In this document: in pieces, positions 1 through 10,815 of the stretch
Position numbering within the stretch: position 1 is the stretch's first letter
Layout: the number at the start of each line of letters is the position of its first letter
Source of the DNA: Octopus bimaculoides
Taxonomy: Eukaryota
Length of the DNA stretch: 64,000 nt
Assembly: GCF_001194135.2 (NCBI RefSeq)
Contig: NC_068983.1
Span: forward strand, 142,778,264 to 142,842,263
Reading direction: 5' to 3'
The notes under the pieces: model-generated
What the model was told of the DNA's origin: nothing
What the model saw: the letters and a program-made list of their open reading frames with translations, nothing else
Database searches by the model: none
Program-made: the position numbers and the translations under genes

Positions 1-1640
1 CTTTATATAACAAAATTAATATAAAATAAGATATTAAAAAATATTGGACACGAACGTCATTAAATTTTCTAAAGCAACAAATAATGTTTCAAATGCTTTT
101 AATGTCTATCTATTATAGATATTGAATCCCAGACTCTTCGAAAGTTTGTGCAGAAATTTTTGTTTCACCATCTTTACAAAAAGAAGTCAAAATATGAATA
201 GATATTAAAAAAAAAAAAAAAGCTCAATCTAAAGTAATCACTGCTACATTGGATAAATCTAAAATGTTTTATATAAAAATTGTGACTCTTAAAAAATTCG
301 TTAAATATATTTGAAATATTCTTGTTTGATTCTTTACAAAATTTAATGTTTGCGATTACTATTGTTGTAGCGGTTATTATATAGATCCGCACATAAAAAA
401 CCGTTGTAGCAGCGACAGACTGGAATCCTTTTATCATGGGACTTCAACAATATGCTGCGAAATGTCCCCTTTGTGGTTCGGATCAGCCTTATCTTCATTG
501 TTAGCCTCGTATGCTGTTTTAAATGTCTTCAGTGACGGGATAAACAAAATGCTCACCGGTTAATAGCATAATACAAAGCCCACCACCTTTTCTTGTATTT
601 CCATATACTGCACCGTGATCTGTGCGATGATGTTCGTTGTCACAATCCGACAGCCAATTGTCACGAAGAGATTATATGTTTATGCATATAAAGATGAAGA
701 ACAGTTGAAGAATAAGTCTTTGTGATCCTGATAGACGGATTCGAGTATCTCAAATCGCTGCTGAAAGGTTTAACCAGTTCACTGAAGATATTAATGGTGC
801 TATTACTGTTCTATATGAACATTTGTATTTACCACACAATGTGTAGTAGATACTTGGAAGGAGCTTTTAGCTCGGTTAGTAAGATTATAAAATGAGAAAA
901 ATAAAATAAATAATCAAGGAGAGAACCTTGTACAGCAACAAGTTTGAAGAAGAGATTGGATCACTAACTTCTCTTCAGGATTCAGTCTTGAACGGAACTT
1001 CAGAATAAGAGAAATACAGATTAAGGCATAGGGGACTAAGATCTTGACTAACTAGCACAAGTCCTAATAAGAAAACGTTCGAGTTCTTGGTGGTTGAGAA
1101 CAAATTCTATTTTTTTAACGTTTCAATGCTCTCGTAATATTCGACGAATGGCATTTTCCTTTTTTCTCTAATTTAATCTCCGGCTGTGATGAAAAAAGTG
1201 GATTAATTTCTCTCATTTAAAAAGTTATTTAACCTTGTTGAACTGGAACATTATTGAAACCAGTTCATTGTGATTGATAGTTAGGTAAAAATAGGGAGCC
1301 GGATAGTATTTGGGGATGGGGGGGGGTGCCGAGAAAAATGCCGGCCGGTGCCAAACAAACAAATTGTTGCTGAGATTGAACCCAATCCACAATTATAACT
1401 GAATAAAATTAATTTTCTACTCGCTTCTTTTGAAACACATGGCCTTATTTTACGTTACGAAAATGAATCAGGTACTCTTGTAGTGTAATTGTGCATCACG
1501 GACCCCATTGATGAACTTTTAATAACGAATTCTTGTCTTTCATACTAAAATATGAAGACACTGGCTTGTTGATTGTATACACGTTTAGCGGAAGACAATC
1601 TTAGCACTCTTGAGTAAAGGCCAAATCTAGCACCGTTTTG

Positions 1641-2201
1641 GGCACTATCATGCTATTAGCTGTCAGAAGTGAAAGTGCTCAATGCTAGTGAAGTATCTGT
1701 CTGTCTGCCTGTTGCTGGCCTGTCGATTCTTTGGCGACTGACAGCTAATACCATGACTGGCCGGAGCGAGCTATATGTCTGTCTGTCTGTCTCTCTATCT
1801 ATCTATCTATTACTCGAAAGTTCGCGCGTCCGCGCTAGCTAGTCGTGAGTGGTCGATCCTATTATTTTTAAACTTCAAACTTCATTTGTTTTCTATTTTG
1901 ATAAATTCTCTCTGTTGAAAATTATATTTTTATATTTTAAATAATTTGCAATTTCAGGAAATATGTTTTTATATTAAATTTGTGTTTTCTACTCACGACT
2001 AGCTAGCGCGGACGCGCGAACTTTCGAGTAATAGATAGATAGATAGAGAGACAGACAGACAGACATATAGCTCGCTCCGGCCAGTCATGGTATTAGCTGT
2101 CAGTCGCCAAAGAATCGACAGGCCAGCATGCAGGCAGACAGATACTTCACTAGCAGGCAGTGAGCACTTTCACTTCTGACAGCTAATAGCATGATAGTGC
2201 C
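1641..2201. mobile_element. Non-autonomous foldback/MITE, Merlin-like (GGCAC termini, 8-bp TSD)
   Basis: About 210-bp near-perfect inverted arms (1641-1850 and 1991-2201); TSD CCGTTTTG at 1633-1640 and 2202-2209. Confidence 0.85.
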
Positions 2202-2669
2202 CCGTTTTGAAAATTTTCAGATATAGTACATCTAACACTGAAAGAAAGTATTGAATAATGAACATTCTCGTAATAATTTTACCCCCTAAAAAATATTTTC
2301 TTCTGTAGAAGAATTTTTAAAATGTAAAATGCAGCAACGGTATGTTCCCGTTGAGTTACGTCTGATATCCGTCGCCACAATCTCTTATACCAAATAAACT
2401 AATCTCAATACCAAAGTAGAAGTATCTTACACGACTGCCTAACAAACTGATACCTAATTTAAAGCAAATAAATATAGAAACTTTCGTATGTCGCTTTCCA
2501 TATTTGGTAAAAATAATTTTTTCTTCAAAGTTCCATTTTTTAACATCTTTCCCACCATCGCTAGCGACCTATTTTTCTTTTCTGTAGAATGTTTTTTTTT
2601 TTTTTATGACAAAGAGTAAATGAATTCATACTGCGCAAGGTTGCTGCTAAAAATAATGTTTACCATGTG

Positions 2670-3400
2670 GGTACTACTAAAGCAGCGCGGACCCGAACGC
2701 GCAGTCGCGCGTCCGCGCTAGCTAGTCTTGAGTGGTCGATCCTAACCCTAACCCGCATGTGCAAATGAATACGTGTTTAGGGTCAGGGTTAGGATCGACC
2801 ACTCACNNNNNNNNNNNNNNNNNNNNNNNNNNNNNNNNNNNNNNNNNNNNNNNNNNNNNNNNNNNNNNNNNNNNNNNNNNNNNNNNNNNNNNNNNNNNNN
2901 NNNNNNNNNNNNNNNNNNNNNNNNNNNNNNNNNNNNNNNNNNNNNNNNNNNNNNNNNNNNNNNNNNNNNNNNNNNNNNNNNNNNNNNNNNNNNNNNNNNN
3001 NNNNNNNNNNNNNNNNNNNNNNNNNNNNNNNNNNNNNNNNNNNNNNNNNNNNNNNNNNNNNNNNNNNNNNNNNNNNNNNNNNNNNNNNNNNNNNNNNNNN
3101 NNNNNNNNNNNNNNNNNNNNNNNNNNNNNNNNNNNNNNNNNNNNNNNNNNNNNNNNNNNNNNNNNNNNNNNNNNNNNNNNNNNNNNNNNNNNNNNNNNNN
3201 NNNNNNNNNNNNNNNNNNNNNNNNNNNNNNNNNNNNNNNNNNNNNNNNNNNNNNNNNNNNNNNNNNNNNNNNNNNNNNNNNNNNNNNNNNNNNNNNNNNN
3301 NNNNNNNNNNNNNNNNNNNNNNNNNNNNNNNNNNNNNNNNNNNNNNNNNNNNNCAAACCCTAACCCTGACCCTAAACCTAACCCTAACACTAGTTTTGTG
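2670..3400. mobile_element. Partial relative of the 1641 element with telomere-like TAACCC repeats, interrupted by an assembly gap
   Basis: Shares CGCGCGTCCGCGCTAGCTAGTC(G/T)TGAGTGGTCGATCCT with 1824-1860; starts GGTACT; internal hairpin 2730-2804; TAACCC-type repeats on both sides of the gap. No right TIR or TSD found. Confidence 0.55.
2807..3353. other. Assembly gap (N run)
   Basis: Ns; flanked by TAACCC-type repeats. Confidence 1.
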
Positions 3401-3699
3401 AGATTTGACTGTTATTTCTAGCATGTAAATAGCCTGCTTGGTGGGGGCGGGGAATTGAAATTTTTCAAAAAATTTTTTTTCAGAATCGGAATCTCCATAG
3501 ACTAAAACGTGGGATTCCGTAAAAAAAATTAATAAATAAGTGGGGGGGGGGAAGGTTCAGATTACATATAGTCCATCTCTACCAAACGATAATTTCAGCT
3601 GTTTGAAATACAGAAAATAATACTTTTAGTTGCAGAAAAGTATAATATAATGGGACCACAAAAATCTCTTGCTTTTTCCTCTCTTCGTGCATAACAACA

Positions 3700-3965
3700 A
3701 ACAGGTGGTCGCAAGCATCTTTTCTCACCAAAAAGGTATATTTCTATATTATTATTATTGTCTTGTGTAGGGAAATGAAAAAAATGTTATGTAAAATAGA
3801 ATTTCGTGGAATTTATGTTCATTTCTATCTCAACGTTTTCTCAGTAAATATTTCTTTGGGTGGAACTGGGAAATCATTATTTTCTTGTCCGCGAGTCAAA
3901 ACGTCGTAATGGAAAATAAGTCAAGTTCACTATCAGCTGATGTCGAACTTGAACTGGTGAAATAG
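3700..3965 (+). promoter_or_regulatory. Possible promoter and non-coding first exon of KICS2, ending at a donor-like TAG|GTGGGT
   Basis: Coding exon 1 has an acceptor, so an upstream exon is needed. This region has non-repeat CpG-containing sequence and a plausible donor at 3966. Purely inferential. Confidence 0.25.
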
Positions 3966-4976
3966 GTGGGTCTTAATTTTTTTTTTCTTCCTTTAATTTT
4001 CATGTCGTACAGAAAAAAAGTGTCTACAGAATGGCAGAAGTTTAACCATCCCCCAGTCCTCCACACAAAAGTGGATGGTGGTAGGAACAAAAGATGAAAA
4101 AAAATATTCTTCAAAATTTCATTTTTTAACAAGACTGAAATGGTAATTTCAAGATGAAAGATGGAGAGGGAGTAGGAAAAATTGATTCTTTGAAGAAAAA
4201 AAATATTTTACAAGTCTATCAGATGTGTTTTAGACTGGAATACCATTAAATGAGGAAAAATAACGAAAAAGAAGAAAAAATTTAATTGTAGAAGCTATTC
4301 GGAAAGCTGGTGGAGGTGGTTGAGACTGTTGGAAAATTTTTTTTTAAGAACCGATATACAATTGTTTGGCAATGTGGGATACTATAAGATGTCGAAAAAT
4401 CCCGGGAAAAGAAAAATTCAATTCTATTCGTGACAGCTATTTCGAAAGCCTTTTCCGCATTACACTTTTCTGTTTGGCTTGATTGAAATTTTAATATTTC
4501 TTATGAGGAGAGTGTTGCGTAACAATAAAAGGTAATCAACCGGCGAATTAAGTTCACGTCACGGTTTCGTTTCCCCATAGTAACCAATTCATTTACACCC
4601 TTAGTATCCTCGGGAATGGGATGTCACGTTTTCTCGCAACTTCTGTCACACACAACTCTTCGTAGTTTTCGTTGTCATTCCATGCTGACCTTGAGAACAT
4701 AATGTGAAAACTACCACCTGTCTATCTACTTAGAATTACGATGACATCATGGCAAATTACACCCGGAAACGACGGATTGCTTAACTAGACCGATTTGAAA
4801 AGAAATTAATTTTACTAATGTAATCAAGACATCATTTATTGTAACCCGTTTAGTTATATATATATATAACTATATAAATTATTATAGTGTGCTTATTTCA
4901 GTTATGTGTAGAGAATAATTTTCCATATCTTTTTTCTTATGGAAAACTCTAGAAAAGTGAAAAGAATTCATTTTAC

Positions 4977-5765
4977 GGCACTGTCATGGTATTAGCTGTC
5001 AGAAATGAAAGTAGAAAAATCCAAACAAGGAATGTTACTGCTGGTTTGAGTTGAAGTCTGTTTCTTTGGCTACTGACTAGCCGGAGCTATCTGTCTGTCT
5101 GTCTCTCTCTGTCTGTCTCTGTCTGTCTCTCTCTTTCTATCTATCTATCACTCGTCCACCTTCATTTGTTTCTGTAGAATTTATCAAATTAGAAAATGCA
5201 TTTCCGTAGAATTTATCAAATTAGAAAATGCGTTTCCGTAGAATTTAAACAAATGAAATTCAGTTTAAACTTTATAAATAAATATATTTCATTTCATGTT
5301 CAGTTTAAACTTTATAAATAAATATATTTTTGCATTATACATTATTGTTTTTAAAAACAAATCACATACACCAATCAGCACCACCAATGACCACCACCAC
5401 CACCACCACGCGTAATCCAAAGTTGGAATTAATCACCGCGATATTGCCATCGTCACCGCTACAACAGAAAATAGTATTAATTGGCTTAAGAGACATGGAC
5501 TTTTAAATACCCCAAAAATATGCCCCTCGTGTGGAGCTAGCATGATGGAAGTAGCCAAAAAGTTTTTTTTCCTAATTTGATAAATTCTACGGAAACAAAC
5601 GAAGGTGGACTAGTGATAGAGAGATAGACAGACAGATAGATAGATAGATAGATAGCTCCGGCCAGTCAGTAGCCAAATAAACAAATTTCAACTCAAACCA
5701 GCAGTAACATTCCTTGTTTAGATTTTTCTACTTTCGCTTCTGACAGCTAATACCATGACAGTGCC
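4977..5765 (+). mobile_element. Merlin-like internally deleted DNA transposon (GGCAC termini, 8-bp TSD) with transposase N-terminal remnant
   Basis: TIR GGCACTGTCATGGTATTAGCTGTCAGAA at both ends, imperfect arms of about 200 bp; TSD CATTTTAC at 4969-4976 and 5766-5773; frame 5416-5580 reads ...TENSINWLKRHGLLNTPKICPSCGASMM (CxxC zinc-ribbon-like). Confidence 0.85.
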
Positions 5766-5967
5766 CATTTTACTGCATTGATATTTTTAGATAGCTATGT
5801 AGGCCTTCTTTGTCCAACTTGTGATATATAAATAGAAACGGTCATACACGTTATGTTTTTAATATATGCTGTAGGGATAAGATATTTACAAGTGTAAAAT
5901 TTTCGACGAACTGGAAAGGAATTAACAATTTAAATGTACACAGCTTAGTAACTGTAGACCAGGCTTG

Positions 5968-6605
5968 GGATCTATTTTAAAACGGGGGCGCCAGTTTTCA
6001 TTTATGTTTTATGTAGTGCTTTTGGTACCGAAAGACCTACAAACTTCGTATACTTATCTATTTTGTGTTATAGAACAGAAAAAAATTTTTGTATTCGAAT
6101 TTATTTCATGTAAAAAATTGTCTTATTTCGATAATTTCTACTAATCACTGACGTCTATTCAGTTGAAAACAGTTAGCGCTGTAACGGTGTATATCGTATT
6201 AATCCCCTAACCCTAACCCTAACTAGACTGTTAACCGTAACCGTAACCCTAACCCTAACTCTAGAATCCGAACTCTGAAATTGTTACACACATAGATACG
6301 CACAGCGTAATTTATTATATAAACAATATATGCGTATAAATTACGATTAAACCGGATGAAATATGTCACAGGGAATAACATTTTTATGACCGCCCAGCAG
6401 TAACTCTATTCAGCTGAATAGACGTCAGTGATTGGTTGAAATTACAGAAATACGACAACTTTAACATGGAATAACTTGCGAATTCCTTTTTTTTGTTAAG
6501 AAGACTAAGAGTAAAAGATGTTTTATATGACACATTCTACCAGTGTCCCAAGCTTCAAAGTGTTTCGTTAAGAAAATACTGGCGCCCCCGTTTTAAAATA
6601 GATCC
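5968..6605. mobile_element. MITE, GGATCT family (28-bp TIR, 8-bp TSD) with central TAACCC/TAACCG array
   Basis: TIR GGATCTATTTTAAAACGGGGGCGCCAGT; TSD CAGGCTTG at 5960-5967 and 6606-6613; near-identical copy at 62517. Confidence 0.9.
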
Positions 6606-6989
6606 CAGGCTTGTTTTCGAAATTAGCTGTTTATGTTAATTAGCACCACTTAACCCTGATGGTGTAAGGGTCAATATTCTTTGCATATAGCGCATCTTTT
6701 CTTTCAAACTTGGTTTGTCAGTGTGCAGCAGCAATAAGAATTGAACTTGTTGTTATCGTATTATATATTTTAAAGACATATCACAAAAATAATTGTGGAT
6801 AACGTGTTATCTCTTAATTACAGTTTGGGTAACCATTGCCTATAATATGAAATATAATGAAGGAAGTTTTGAAAATCCCTACTTTTGTTGACTGCGAAGG
6901 AATTATCTTCCTGTGACAGTTTTATGAGATGTGCCAGAAGTCTGGTGCGAAAACGTGACAAGATTTATTGCGAGTTTGGTTTCACTTAT

Positions 6990-7790
6990 CGTCATCATCA
7001 TCATCGTTTAACGTCCGTTTTCCATGCTAACATGGGTTGAACGGTTTGACCTGGGTCTGGGAAGCCAGGAGGCTGTACCAGGCTCCAGTCTGATCTGGCA
7101 GTGTTTCTACAGCTGGATGTCCTTCCTAACGCCAACCACTCCGTGAGTGTAGTGGGTGCTTTTTACGTGCCACCGGCACAGGGGCCAGAGGAGGCTGGCA
7201 ACGGCCACGATCGGTTGGTGCTTTTTACATGCCACCAGCACGGAAGCCAGTCAAGGCGGCGCTGTCATCGGCCACGTTCGGATGGTGCTTTTTACGTGCT
7301 ACTGGCACGGGTATCACAACTACAATTTCCATTTGATTTTCATTTTGATGTTGATGTATTTGACTCGATAGGTTTCCTCATGCACAGCAGGTCGCCCTGG
7401 AAAATATGCATGATTTTGATGAAATCTCCCGCACCACTCGTTTCATTCCATTGTCATCTCCTCGACATTCAGTCTCTTGAAATCCGTCAAGTACCTCTTC
7501 CCACGTCCATAGCCTTCCTCTTCTGCAGATTCCATCTGTATGGATCGCTTGACATATTGTATGTCGTCTAAGATACATATCGCTTCCTTTCTTTCTAGCT
7601 TTCACACTCCATTCAGTGATCCCCTCATGCACAGTGAATCCTTTTGTTTGCACCAAAAGATAATAATCCCCTGAACATCTTCCACCCATGCTCTGGCTAT
7701 AATGCTTCAGAACAAGAGCCTTCCAAGCATTTGAAATAATTTATTTCATGGCTTATCCTATTATAACTACTTCTTTGCATCTTCAAGTTA
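6990..7790 (-). mobile_element. RTE-clade LINE 3' fragment with (GAT)n tail
   Basis: Tail and 3' UTR match the 9953-10129 end; degenerate RGR...WEEV...LNVEEMT-like C-terminal coding remnant on the minus strand. Confidence 0.65.
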
Positions 7791-7860
7791 TAGAGTCCTC
7801 TGTCAACTTGATTGTGATCCCACTGCACTAGTACACTTATAATTTGCACTGAATATACTA

Positions 7861-8052
7861 TATTCTTTTACTCTTTTACTTGTTTCAGTCATTTGACTGT
7901 GGCCATGCTGGAGCACTGCCTTTAGTCGAGCAAATCGACCCCAGGACTTATTCTTTGTAAGCCTAGTACTTATTCTATCGGTCTCTTTTGCCAAACCGCT
8001 AAGTTACGGTGATGTAAACACACCAGCATCGGTTGTCAAGCGAAGTTGGGGG
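7861..8052 (-). mobile_element. SINE-like dispersed repeat (family B)
   Basis: Clearly homologous to 49517-49725 and 57505-57695 (ACTTGTTTCAGTCATT...TACTTATTCTATCGGTCTCTTTT...GGTTGTCAAGCG). Confidence 0.75.
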
Positions 8053-8690
8053 GAATATATTTTCCATCTTGCTGGGAGCTATTGAATGTTGTCCCAGTTT
8101 TTAAGAATAATGATGAGCCATCTGAGGTACCACAGGGTGAGACAGTCAAACCACTTTATCATCTGATCTTGGGGTTCTTATATTGGTAGGTCTGCTTCTC
8201 ATAAGGCTGGGTTGTTGTATTGGTCAAAGGACTACCTCACATCCAAGGCCATTTTGTATCTTTACAAGTCCACAATTCATCTGTATATAGAATACACTTG
8301 TCATATTTGGGCAGGTGCAGCATCTTTTCACTTGACCAGGTTCAGAAGTGAGTCTCTAATTTGATTGGTCCTGCTCTTACTTCAACTCTACAACTTTTGT
8401 CGCATTGATGTGACATCACCAATCTTAGTTTTTTTCTATCATTATCGCCACAGAAAGTGCTCTGATGAACTTTCACTCTTAGTTCCAGATCACCTTGTTC
8501 CATCTCGCCTTACTTGAAACTCATAGTGTCTTCATCCAAATGCTATTGTGTTTTCATGAATAATAAATCTTTCTACGGTTGTAGCTTTTTTTCTCGAGCT
8601 GCCAGACTTTGGAACTCTCATCCATCTCATTGTTTTCCTCCTTATGACCTGAATTCTTTCAAGTTGAAAGTAAATTCATTCCTTTCGTTT
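8050..8690 (+). mobile_element. Degenerate Crack/L2-group LINE 3' fragment
   Basis: Hand translation LYLYKSTIHLYIEYTCHIWAGAA...LDQVQK...LIGP...LSFFYHY...CSDELSLLVP resembles the post-RT region of L2/Crack/Daphne elements; contains stops and frameshifts. Confidence 0.65.
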
Positions 8691-8749
8691 TAATTTCTCT
8701 TTCTTCATAGTCCTTTACACTCAATGGTTTCTTGTCTTATTTAGGGCTT

Positions 8750-10129
8750 TCATATAGTTTTTGTATGTGGCAGATGCTCAGGAGCAATAAACACTGAAAA
8801 TGTGCAGAAAACAACCTTTGCTACACTCCAGGGAGGGAGAAAAACTAGAAGTAGTTGATAGCTTCCACTACCTAGGTGACCAAGTTTGTAGCAGGGCGGG
8901 TGCGCTGAAAGTGTAGCTGCTAGAATAAGAATAGCCTGGGCAAAGTTCAGAGAGCTCTTACCATTGCTGGTGACAAAGGGCCTCTCACTCAGATAAAAGG
9001 CAGACTGTATGATGCATGTGTACGAACCGCCATGCTCCATGGCAGTGAAACGTGGGCCGTGACTGCTGAGGACATGCGTAAGCTCGCAAAAAACGAAGCC
9101 AGTATGCTCCAATGGATGTGTAATGTCAGTGTGCATACTCAACAGAGTGTAAGTACCTTGAGAGAAAAGTCGAACCTAAGAAGCATCAGTTGTGGTGTGC
9201 AAGAGAAATGATTGCGCTGGTATGGTCATGTGGCGAGAATGGATGAGGATAGCTGTGTGAAAAATTGCCACACCCTAGCGGTTGAGGGAACCTGTGGAAG
9301 AGGTAGACCCAGGAAGACCTGGGATGAGGTGGTGAAGCACGACCTTTGAACTTTAGGCCTCACCGAGGCAATGACTTGTGACCGGGACCTTTGGAAATAT
9401 GCAGTACGTGAGAAGACTCGGCAAACTAAGTGACAGCATAATCTGTGGCCTCTGCCAGAAGTGTAGCCAGCTTACTTATTCGTATCTTTACTTCATTGGA
9501 CACTAAACTCTGCTTGCGAAGACTTGTTGAGACAAGTGAATTTGAAATTGAAATCAAACCAGATTCGATGACTGGCACCCATGCCAACCTCTCCTTCATT
9601 GGACACTAAACTCTGCTTCCGAAGACCTGTTGGGGCAAGTGAAATCAAAATCGTAATTGAACCATATTCGATGACTGGCACCTGTGCCTTGGATCACTAA
9701 CAGCACTGTCCGAGCGTGATCATTACCAGAGCAGCTGTCTGGCTTCCATGCTAGTGGCCTGTAAATAGCACCATTTAAGCATGATCGTTACCAGCGTCGC
9801 CTTACTGGCACTTATGCCGGTGGCACGTTAGAAAATCATTTGAGCAAGGTCGTCAGTGCCGCTGGACTGGCTCCTGTGCAGGTGGCACGTAAAAAGCACT
9901 ATTTTGAGTGTGACCGTTGCCAGTACTGTGTGACTGGCCCTCGTGCCAGTGGCACGTAAAAGCACCCACTACACTCTCGGAGTGGTTGGCGCTAGGAAGG
10001 GCATCCAGCTGTAGAAACTCTGCCAGATCAGATTGGAGCTTGGTGCAGCCATCCAGTTCACCAGTTCTCAGTCAAATCGTCCAACGCATGCTAGCATGGA
10101 AAGCGGATGTTAAACGATGATGATGATGA
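8750..10129 (+). mobile_element. 5'-truncated RTE-clade LINE with complete 3' UTR and (GAT)n tail
   Basis: Remnant EVVDSFHYLGD...RIRIAWAKFREL...GRLYDACVRTAMLHGSETW...LRWYGHVARM...GRGRPRKTWDEVV (frameshifts, stops); 3' UTR with an internal duplication of about 100 bp (9491-9690). Confidence 0.9.
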
Positions 10130-10618
10130 ATAATTACTAATTACTCATGATAGCATAAAAGGATAATTACACGTGCTTGTTTGAAGTAATGATAAAATAA
10201 ACTTGTACACTGGTGGTTGTTATATTTCTAAAAAAATATTTCATTCAAGAACTTAGTTTACATGGTTTGAATTGTTGAAAATTTAATATACTCTTCAATG
10301 AGAACCAAGTCATTTTAGACATCAAGCAATTAAGTAACATGTCCACGGTGCCATAATGCTAAAATGTTAAAAGAAATGGGGCAACAATAGTTTATTATTA
10401 TAAAAATAAAATCAAAATACCCTACAAAATAGATCAAATGCTTTCATTTATGTTCTGGATTCATGTATCATTACTGTTTGCTTTATCTTTCATCCTTTGC
10501 ATGTGTTTAAGTACTACAAGTTTGACTTTGTGCTTTATCAAAACAAAATATTTAAATAACTTTAAATGCTACATTAAACTGTGTTGGATTGATGATCAGG
10601 AGGCATCATCATCTTCCT

Positions 10619-10815
10619 CATCATCATCATTGTTTAACGTCCGCTTTCCATGCTAGCATGGGTTGGACAATTTGACTGAGGACTGGTGCAACCGGATGGC
10701 TACACCAGGCTCCAATCTAATTTGGCAGAGTTTCTGCAGCTGGATGCCCTTCCTAACGCCAACCACTCAGAGAGTGTAGTGGGTGCTTTTACGTGTCACC
10801 CGCACGAAAACGGCC
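10619..10815 (-). mobile_element. RTE 3'-end copy
   Basis: Reverse complement of 9953-10129 over about 175 bp with few mismatches. Confidence 0.85.

Noticed and set aside
400-700. Possible exon of a divergent minus-strand gene (donor-like CCG|GTGAGC at 556)
   Set aside because: All frames close quickly and no peptide is recognisable; a lone donor-like hexamer is not enough.
2732-3424. Long ORFs in the track across the N runs (also 24760-25482 and 62840-63109)
   Set aside because: Artefacts of assembly gaps and simple repeats.
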